DNA of 64,000 nucleotides from Hyphomicrobiales bacterium (GTDB lineage Bacteria; Pseudomonadota; Alphaproteobacteria; Rhizobiales; JACESI01): NCBI GenBank assembly GCA_039989895.1, contig JBDXGY010000006.1, positions 938,245 to 1,002,244 of the forward strand, read 5' to 3'. Shown piece by piece: positions 42,224 to 49,332 of this stretch (position 1 is its first letter; each line of letters starts with the position of its first letter). The notes under the pieces were generated by a model. It saw only the letters and a program-made list of their open reading frames with translations, ran no database searches and was not told where the DNA came from. The position numbers and the translations under genes were made by a program.

Positions 42224-42934
42224 TTATTTTTTCTTTTTCTTCGATGCGCCACCGGCAGAAGAGGCAACCTCGCCTTTTGCTGCGCGTTTAGAAAACTCGG
42301 TCGTGCCACCTTTGGCCAAAATGCCAGCCTGTTTGATCCACTCATCGCGGTCAATCCGGCCTTTAAAAGATAAGAATGCATCAAACCATTGAATCTCAGG
42401 ACGGCCCCATTTTGATATCTGATCAAAATGCCAAATGCCTTCTGCATTGAGCTTACCCTCAATAACCTTGCCGACACCTTTGATAAGCTTCAAGTCATCC
42501 GCCCCGCCCGCGCGTGCACTAGGCAAACCACGTGGCTTCTTACCAACCGCATTCGCTTTGTCAGCTGCGCTTGCGCCTTTTGGTAGAGCTGCAAGTTTTG
42601 CATTTGCTTCAGCTTCTTCTTTTTTCAATTGAGCTGCTGTCAGCTTAACTGGCTTAGCTTTTGGTTTAGGCTTCGGTGCAGCTTTTGGTTTAGGCTTCGG
42701 TGCAGCCTTTGGTTTAGAAGCTGGCGCCCTTGTAGCAACAGCTGCTGTTGCTGCAACTGCTGTTGCTGCTGCGGCTGCTGGAGCCATATTCGTTTTGGCC
42801 ACTGGTTTAGCTGCCGGTACATAACGTGGTTCCGGTGTGCTGCCGAAAATCCGTTTTAAAAGACAACCCAACAGGCAGCCGATCAAATATGCCAAAGCAA
42901 TGAGAAGAAGTGATTGTATTACTAACATGAACAT
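42224..42934 (-). CDS. Membrane-anchored protein with an Ala/Pro/Lys-rich spacer and a conserved C-terminal domain
   Basis: 236 aa. TM anchor 'MFMLVIQSLLLIALAYLIGCLLGCLL'. Low-complexity 'AAAAATAVAATAAVA...PKAAPKPKPKAAPKPKPKAKP'. C-terminal 'DDLKLIKGVGKVIEGKLNAEGIWHFDQISKW...FKGRIDRDEWIKQA'. Strong SD 'AAGGAG' 8 nt upstream. Confidence 0.7.
   Translation of the reverse strand: MFMLVIQSLLLIALAYLIGCLLGCLLKRIFGSTPEPRYVPAAKPVAKTNMAPAAAAATAVAATAAVATRAPASKPKAAPKPKPKAAPKPKPKAKPVKLTAAQLKKEEAEANAKLAALPKGASAADKANAVGKKPRGLPSARAGGADDLKLIKGVGKVIEGKLNAEGIWHFDQISKWGRPEIQWFDAFLSFKGRIDRDEWIKQAGILAKGGTTEFSKRAAKGEVASSAGGASKKKKK
42657..42717 (-). repeat. 24-bp in-frame tandem repeat (about 2.5 copies) encoding AAPKPKPK
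   Basis: 'gcttttggtttaggcttcggtgca' occurs identically at 42657-42680 and 42681-42704, followed by the partial copy 'gcctttggtttag'. Confidence 0.8.
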
Positions 42935-42946
42935 TAAATGTACTCC

Positions 42947-43045
42947 TTATACCGCTTTTGGTTTGCATGTGTACCAGCCAACCACCAAACCTGCGATGAA
43001 AGCCAGCAATAAAAACAACCACAATTGTGAAATTAAATAGTCCAT
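42947..43045 (-). CDS. Unannotated 32-codon single-pass membrane micro-protein
   Basis: Below the ORF-track cut-off. 'MDYLISQLWLFLLLAFIAGLVVGWYTCKPKAV'. The ATG lies 12 nt after the upstream stop and is preceded by 'AGGGGGAA'. Its stop is part of the 'TAAGGAG' SD of the next gene. Confidence 0.5.
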   Translation of the reverse strand: MDYLISQLWLFLLLAFIAGLVVGWYTCKPKAV

Positions 43046-43057
43046 AGTTCCCCCTAC

Positions 43058-46027
43058 TTATTCTGCAATAAGATTAAATTCTATGCGCCGATTAAGCGCT
43101 TTATTTTCTTTTGTATCATTACCAGCAATCGGCTTACTTTCACCGAAGCCTACAGCGACTAGACGACTAGTGTCCACCCCTGCACGCGTTAGGTACTCAG
43201 CAACCGCTTCTGCACGCGCAACACTCAATCTTTGATTGGATGCATCTGAACCGTCTGAATCTGTATGACCAGCCACTTCAAAGCGTGCAGTAGGACAACT
43301 AATCACTAGTTCTGCAATATTATCAAGCAATCCAAAGCTTTCCGACAAAATCGTTGCCCGACCGGACTGGAAATTGATGGTATTGTTTGTCACGGCAGAA
43401 ATAACGCTGGCGCTACATGCTTCTGGCTTTTTTGCAACAGGTGCAGGTGCTGGTTCAGGTTCCACTGGTGGAGGTGGCAGTGTTTGCGTCAAGATTGCCT
43501 CAGCACTGAATCCTGCAGGCATACCTTTTTCAAACTGCGACTGAACTCCCTCAAGCGAACCTTCAACAGGCACAATACCCCATAATGTTGCTTGTTTATC
43601 GACTATCTCAAATGATCCTTTGGATAATTTACTCAAAGATAGCACAGCAACCTTGGCTGCATCATCAAAACCACCAGGTGCACCATTTGCAATTGTCAAA
43701 TCAGCGCCACCGAGCGCTCCACCAAAGTTACCTTTAGCATTGTCGACAATCTTTTGACCGCTTGCTGCGCTAGGAACATAACCCTTGATCCAAACTGTCT
43801 CACCGTTCTGACGTCCGGCAATTTTGAAAGGAGAAGCAGTAGGTCGTTCTATATCAACATCACCTAGTACTAAGCCCGCAGGCAACGTACCTTTAGTCGA
43901 CGCTATAGCAGCATCATAACTGGCTGGTGTCGCTGCTTTACCGTATACCGATAAAACCCCTTCATTGATGGATGCTGTACCAGACTTTAGATCCCGCAAT
44001 ATGCGAGTACCAAATTGTGCACCATCGGACCAAACAAGCCCTCCAGGATTACCATCTGCGAGACGCGTTTTGTCGACTACTGGTCCACCGAGAGCCAAAG
44101 AATCCAAAGCAGATCTAACCGCTGCTTGACTATCAGCATCAGGCATAAACCCAGACGCTGTTACCACATCATCTTTCAACGATGCTCTCCAGACATAAGG
44201 CGAAACAACCGGTAAATCTATCTCAACATCACCTAGTACTAAGCCTGCAGGCAACGTACCTTTAGTCGACGCTATAGCAGCTTCATAACTAGCTGGTGTC
44301 GCTGCTTTACCGTATACTGATAAAACCCCGTCACTGATGGATGCTGTACCAGACTTTAGATCCCGCAATATGCGAGTACCAAATTGTGCACCATCGGACC
44401 AAACAAGCCCTTCAGGATTACCATCTGCGAGACGCGTATTGTCGACTACTGGTCCACCGAGAGCTAAAGAATCCAAAGCAGGTTTAACAGCCGCTTGGCT
44501 TTCTGCATCGGGCATAAGACCAGATGCTGTGACCACATCATCTTTCAACGATGCTCTCCATGTATAAGGTGAAACAACCGGCAAATCCAAATTACTAGAG
44601 ATAATATTGAATCCTTCAGGCGGCGTCTTTAATGCGATATTAGCGGCATCATAAGAATCAAGTGTTGCTGCAGAACCATCTACGACAATCCTATCATCAG
44701 AAACCAATGCTGATCCGTCGCTAAAATGTGATAGCATCTTAACAGCATAATTCGAAGACCCTTCAAACCCTGCTGGTGCACCAGCTGAGATTTTCATCTT
44801 GTCAACCACATCATCAAAGCCTTGGTTTTTTGCTTGTGCCAACAATCCATCTCTAGCGGTTTGCGAAGGCACATTGCCGTTCAGTATAACTTGAGAACTA
44901 TTCTTGATCGCTGAGAATATGTAAGGCGTTACATTCACCACAGACAGATCAGCAGACTTCAGCGACAAACCACCCGGCAAATCCTGAATATCACTTTTAA
45001 CTTTATCCAAGACCGTAGGGTTTGGAGCAACTCCTGTGATGGAAACTTGTTTTCCATCCGCTTTAACAGAGCCGCTATTCAGCTGTGACAAGAGACCAAT
45101 TCCATAACCCCCTAGCGCTGAGTATTCTTGCGGCGCGGAATCACTGATTTTCAGGTCTTCGGTAACCGTACCAGCATCGAGTTTATTTGCGCTATCAACC
45201 AAATTCTTGCGCATTTCTTCAGATAACGCAAAACCACCCAAATGCACGCCAGAAGATGTCTTTTCCATACTAATTGCATAGTCAACAGGAACTGGCGGCG
45301 CTGGAATAACCTTGGCAGCAGGTGGTGCAACCACAGCAACCTTAGGCTCTGGAGCATCGATTTTTATGTTGCGAGCAATCAAGCCATTGGAAATCGTCGG
45401 ATTTAATTTCAATTGCAGTGCTTTAGAAATCTGCGCATCTTCCACTCGAGCCGTAAGATCTAAATTTGAATCACTTATTGAAGCTTTGCCTTCACTCGTG
45501 TCCTTAAGGAGACCAATTGCAAAATTTGCTTTATCGCCAAATTTTTCAGGTGCGCCAGACGCAAGAGTCAAATCATCTTTTACGGTTGCTCCAGGAACAG
45601 TGGACAATGCTTTCTCGACCAATCCCGAGCGCATGCTTTCTGCTGGAATGCTTCCTGATAAACGCACGACATTGTCTTTACGCTCTGCATTAAAGGCATA
45701 AGGTGATTGAACCGACAACTGTTTAACACCAGTGCCATCCACGACCCGAACGCCCCACGTACCACTTTCGCGATTAAAAAAAGCACCATCAGCAGCTGCT
45801 ACAGCGCTATCTTGATCGGCTTTACTTGGAGCAAGTCCAGAAAGTTCAAGGTTACGGCCATCAAGCTCAACCTTAGCCCATGAATGCTGGTTAGAAAGAT
45901 TGTTTAACGCTCTTTCAGTTAGATCACGTTCTATCGGTCCAGCCTTGAAGAGCATTGCAACCACGGTCAACAAACCAACAACAAAAATACCTGGCCATAC
46001 CCAAGCCGAAGGACGATAATTCCACAT
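43058..46027 (-). CDS. Inner-membrane-anchored modular OmpA-family protein (N-terminal TM and BON-like region, six ~120-aa modules, C-terminal OmpA-like peptidoglycan-binding domain)
   Basis: 989 aa. TM 'VWPGIFVVGLLTVVAMLF'. Repeated modules share 'SPY..a....V.LsG.vPs...GAP.gF...L..G.a.i.d'. The C-terminus 'FQSGRATI...VAGHTDSDGSDASNQRLSVARAEAV...GFGESKPIA...NRRIEF' is an OmpA_C domain. Confidence 0.85.
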   Translation of the reverse strand: MWNYRPSAWVWPGIFVVGLLTVVAMLFKAGPIERDLTERALNNLSNQHSWAKVELDGRNLELSGLAPSKADQDSAVAAADGAFFNRESGTWGVRVVDGTGVKQLSVQSPYAFNAERKDNVVRLSGSIPAESMRSGLVEKALSTVPGATVKDDLTLASGAPEKFGDKANFAIGLLKDTSEGKASISDSNLDLTARVEDAQISKALQLKLNPTISNGLIARNIKIDAPEPKVAVVAPPAAKVIPAPPVPVDYAISMEKTSSGVHLGGFALSEEMRKNLVDSANKLDAGTVTEDLKISDSAPQEYSALGGYGIGLLSQLNSGSVKADGKQVSITGVAPNPTVLDKVKSDIQDLPGGLSLKSADLSVVNVTPYIFSAIKNSSQVILNGNVPSQTARDGLLAQAKNQGFDDVVDKMKISAGAPAGFEGSSNYAVKMLSHFSDGSALVSDDRIVVDGSAATLDSYDAANIALKTPPEGFNIISSNLDLPVVSPYTWRASLKDDVVTASGLMPDAESQAAVKPALDSLALGGPVVDNTRLADGNPEGLVWSDGAQFGTRILRDLKSGTASISDGVLSVYGKAATPASYEAAIASTKGTLPAGLVLGDVEIDLPVVSPYVWRASLKDDVVTASGFMPDADSQAAVRSALDSLALGGPVVDKTRLADGNPGGLVWSDGAQFGTRILRDLKSGTASINEGVLSVYGKAATPASYDAAIASTKGTLPAGLVLGDVDIERPTASPFKIAGRQNGETVWIKGYVPSAASGQKIVDNAKGNFGGALGGADLTIANGAPGGFDDAAKVAVLSLSKLSKGSFEIVDKQATLWGIVPVEGSLEGVQSQFEKGMPAGFSAEAILTQTLPPPPVEPEPAPAPVAKKPEACSASVISAVTNNTINFQSGRATILSESFGLLDNIAELVISCPTARFEVAGHTDSDGSDASNQRLSVARAEAVAEYLTRAGVDTSRLVAVGFGESKPIAGNDTKENKALNRRIEFNLIAE
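43848..44585 (-). repeat. Near-identical 369-bp (123-codon) in-frame tandem duplication inside the OmpA-family gene
   Basis: The copies at 43848-44216 and 44217-44585 align base-for-base with scattered substitutions. By manual alignment the protein copies differ at 11 of 123 positions. Confidence 0.9.
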
Positions 46028-46176
46028 TTAACCTAATTCCCCTAACTAATACTGCACAAATTCCAATTCTTCTTCAAAGGACGGTGCAAACAACATTCGC
46101 CATACCCTTAACTAACTGTTAATGCGAGCACAACCATAATGCAACCCTAAATTGTCACACGGCTTGAAAGTTCAAC

Positions 46177-47349
46177 TTAAAAATCTCGCCTCACCTGAAA
46201 TAGAAAATCAACAGTGTTATTCTTATCATTGTTAAAAAAGAAATCTTCCCCTGCACCAAAATCATCAACACTATCGAGGCCAATTTCACCCAGCAAGAAC
46301 CAATTAGCAATCGGTTGCCAAGTCAAGTTAATAGCAGCCTCAAATCCATTTAAATCTCGCAACCCATCTTCAACTGCAGTTACATAAGAAACATCAGTGT
46401 TGAATGTTAAATTCTGAGAAATTTTCTTACTCAATCCTGCGTAAAAAGATACAGCGTCAAAACCGTCTGAAAACGAAAAAATAACATCATTCGCAGCATT
46501 TTTCGTATAGGTTATGCCTGCGAAAGTTTTTAAAGCTTCTCCCTCATATTTTACATCGAAGCCAAGACCGAAACCAAATGTAGCGCGCGAGCTTAAAATG
46601 ACCGGCCCGCTTAAGCGTGGTGTTCCAAATGACGTTGATATAGATGACACATCGTCGACGTTGATTAAGGCCGCACCCGCACCCAAAACCAACGGACCTA
46701 CTTTACGTGAGGCCCCAATGCCAAAATTCGGACTGACCGGTATTGCATCCGTGCTTTCACGAGGGTCATTGATGGAAAAGCGAACCTTAGTATCCCAAAT
46801 TACCCGCTGATAACTGCCACCAAGTCCAGTGCGTGCATCAAGACTTTCAGTTCCTCTATCAGTAAATCCATCTGATAAGAAAACCGCACCGGCGTTTTCG
46901 ATCTCTCCAACTTGCCAGTCACTATTCTTGCGATGAAGACTAATCTCAAACGCATCAAGACCAACAGCGAAATCTTCGCTTGTTACTCCAGCCAGTAAGT
47001 CATCAAAAATTTCTGGATCGTAATCCGCCTGAAAACGTATAAAAGCGCCCAGCGTTCCAATCTCTGTCTCACGCAGGATCTTCACCTCCGATCGCACTCG
47101 AGCATTGAACTCAGCGCCATCTGGGACTGAATCAGGATTGTCAGGATCATTAATAACCAATTCGCCACGAATGTAACTGCTGATATCAAAGCAAGTGCTG
47201 GTATCCAATAGCCCCTTAAAACCAAGCCCGTAGCGCGTGCAATCCGATGAAGCATGAGTATTGGAGGGCACAACGAAGGATGCAACAAATATGCAGCAAA
47301 TAGCTATCGCACGCAACAAGAACGCCCCCCAAAGAACGTAGAAATGCAA
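46177..47349 (-). CDS. Outer-membrane porin (Rhizobiales Porin_2 / Omp2b-RopA-like)
   Basis: 390 aa with a signal peptide ending 'NTHA'. The N-terminal 'CTRYGLGFKGLLDTSTCFDISSYIRGE' matches the Porin_2 'C..YG.G.f.ipGt.tCl.i.GyvR' pattern. Beta-strand periodicity with a C-terminal 'RRDF'. Confidence 0.75.
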   Translation of the reverse strand: MHFYVLWGAFLLRAIAICCIFVASFVVPSNTHASSDCTRYGLGFKGLLDTSTCFDISSYIRGELVINDPDNPDSVPDGAEFNARVRSEVKILRETEIGTLGAFIRFQADYDPEIFDDLLAGVTSEDFAVGLDAFEISLHRKNSDWQVGEIENAGAVFLSDGFTDRGTESLDARTGLGGSYQRVIWDTKVRFSINDPRESTDAIPVSPNFGIGASRKVGPLVLGAGAALINVDDVSSISTSFGTPRLSGPVILSSRATFGFGLGFDVKYEGEALKTFAGITYTKNAANDVIFSFSDGFDAVSFYAGLSKKISQNLTFNTDVSYVTAVEDGLRDLNGFEAAINLTWQPIANWFLLGEIGLDSVDDFGAGEDFFFNNDKNNTVDFLFQVRRDF

Positions 47350-47650
47350 CGCTTAATTACAATATAACGCTACTATTTCCTCACCTACTCATCACAATCT
47401 AGCGATAAATACCACAAATCCTCAAGCGGTTATTTGTAATTCCAATATGGGAGACTGATATAATTTATTTATACAACATCATTCATATACCAGGGGCCTA
47501 AAAATAAACAAAATACCGAGCGCCACTTGTATGTATCTAATCGATATATATATAAACAATATATACCTATTGAGCATACCGCTGGTCGGCACTTACTCTA
47601 GAACCAACAATAAAAGCTGGCATACGACATACAATGAAAGCTGGAACACC

Positions 47651-48202
47651 ATGAATGTAAAAACTCTTTGTCTTGCTATTCTCTATTTCGAAGAAGCAAC
47701 TGGTTATGAAATCCGTAAAATGTCAACGGAGGGCCGCTACAGTCATTTTGTCGATGCTAGCTTTGGCTCGATTTATCCCGCCCTCACCCGGCTTGAAACA
47801 GACGGACTTGTAACATTTCGCGAAGAGACGATCACTGGCAAACCCAATAGGAAGGTTTATTCCATTACAGATGCCGGTCGCAGCCACTTTCTTGAAAGCC
47901 TCTATGAGACACCGGCAAAAGATGTTTACCGTTCAGAATTTTTAATGGTAGCAATGTGTGCCGAATTTTTACCTAAAGAGGTTGTTACAAAAGCCATTGA
48001 AACACGGGTTAAACATCTTGAAGGTGAAATAGACCTTCTCAAGGGATTCGTGGAAAATAAGCACAGCACCGCAGGCATTCGTTGGGCCACAAGCTATGGC
48101 ATGGATTGCATGGAAAATTCTCTCAGGCATTTATCCAAAACCCGTGACGAGCTTGAAGCGCACGCGGGAACCAATACACCAACAATACAAGCTGCCGAAT
48201 AA
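47651..48202 (+). CDS. PadR-family transcriptional regulator
   Basis: I prefer the start at 47651 ('MNVKTLCLAILYFEEATGYEIRKM...GSIYPALTRLETDGLV', the PadR wHTH). The 40-codon upstream extension in the ORF track is AT-rich and low-complexity. Confidence 0.85.
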   Translation: MNVKTLCLAILYFEEATGYEIRKMSTEGRYSHFVDASFGSIYPALTRLETDGLVTFREETITGKPNRKVYSITDAGRSHFLESLYETPAKDVYRSEFLMVAMCAEFLPKEVVTKAIETRVKHLEGEIDLLKGFVENKHSTAGIRWATSYGMDCMENSLRHLSKTRDELEAHAGTNTPTIQAAE

Positions 48203-48234
48203 TTCCTCCTAATCACGAAGCAGAGAAAAGAACA

Positions 48235-49332
48235 ATGCCAATACCAATATCCTATCTCATAGCAGCAGGCTTAACAGCAGGTGTCGCCGGATGGATGTTA
48301 TCCGGTGATATCATTGAAGGCGGACGCAGTGATGCGCGGCCAGCAACCATCACAGAGCGTCTTGATAAAAAAGAAACAAAGCTGTTTCGCGTACAGGCCG
48401 AAATATTCAACGCTACTCAACATATCAGCACCATCGAAGTGCGGGGCAGCACGGAAGCTAGAGACAAAGTGGCCATTCGCTCTGAAATGACCGGCCTCCT
48501 GAACACGCGCCATGTCAAAAAAGGTGATAGCGTTGCGCAAGGCGATCTTATTTGTACGCTTAATGTTGGTGCCCGTGAAGCGATGGTGCACCAAAGAACG
48601 GCAGAACTAGAAAAAGCCAAGATCGATTATACCTCAGCCCAAAAATTGATCAAAGGTGGCTTTGCGACAAAATCACGTGTCATACAGGATAAAGCATTGG
48701 TCGATGCTGCAACAGCGGCAATGAAAGCGGCAGAAATTGAACTTGAGCATACCCAAATCAGAGCACCAATCGACGGCGTTATCCAAGACCCTTTTGCTAA
48801 TGTAGGTGATATGCTGCAGGTCGGTGATATTTGCGCTAATATTATGCGACCCGATACAATGAACATGATTGCTGAAGTTTCCGAGCGCTTCATTGGTCGC
48901 ATTCATGTAGGTGATGAAGCCCATGTGCACACGGTCACTGGTGAAGCTGTTACAGGAGAAATTATCTTTATCTCCCCTTCCGCCAATATTGAAACAAGAA
49001 CATTTCGCATCGAAATTGCAGTCCCAAACAGCGATAGTAAAATACGTGACGGAGTGACAGCCGTAGCCAAGATCGATTTGCCAGGTGACACCGCTCATCT
49101 CATTCCTGCGTCCGCCTTGACCTTGAATGATGCCGGTCAATTGGGTGCCCGAACGGTAGGCACCGATGGTATAGTGAGTTTTATACCCGTAACAATTTTA
49201 AATGACACGCGTGATGGCATGTGGGTTGCGGGCCTTCCCGACACCGCCAAAATCATTACCCGAGGCCAAGAATATGTCGCGACAGGTCAAAAGGTGGAAG
49301 CCGTGCTTAAAACCGCAAAGGTCTCACAATGA
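48235..49332 (+). CDS. Efflux RND periplasmic adaptor (membrane fusion protein)
   Basis: 365 aa with an N-terminal anchor, a lipoyl/coiled-coil hairpin ('AELEKAKIDYTSAQKL...AAEIELEHTQIRAPIDGVI') and beta-barrel domains. There is a 4-nt overlap with the RND gene. Confidence 0.85.
   Translation: MPIPISYLIAAGLTAGVAGWMLSGDIIEGGRSDARPATITERLDKKETKLFRVQAEIFNATQHISTIEVRGSTEARDKVAIRSEMTGLLNTRHVKKGDSVAQGDLICTLNVGAREAMVHQRTAELEKAKIDYTSAQKLIKGGFATKSRVIQDKALVDAATAAMKAAEIELEHTQIRAPIDGVIQDPFANVGDMLQVGDICANIMRPDTMNMIAEVSERFIGRIHVGDEAHVHTVTGEAVTGEIIFISPSANIETRTFRIEIAVPNSDSKIRDGVTAVAKIDLPGDTAHLIPASALTLNDAGQLGARTVGTDGIVSFIPVTILNDTRDGMWVAGLPDTAKIITRGQEYVATGQKVEAVLKTAKVSQ

Noticed and set aside
42085..42477. 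130-aa minus-strand ORF overlapping the 3' end of the 236-aa gene and the terminator
   Set aside because: It is out of frame with a gene that has a strong SD and coherent domain structure. It reads through the terminator hairpin into AT-rich DNA and has an Arg/Leu/Ser-rich composition.
47531..47650. 40-codon N-terminal extension of the PadR ORF ('MYLIDIYINNIYLL...')
   Set aside because: It is encoded by AT-rich low-complexity DNA that looks like promoter region. The PadR wHTH begins right after the internal Met at 47651.
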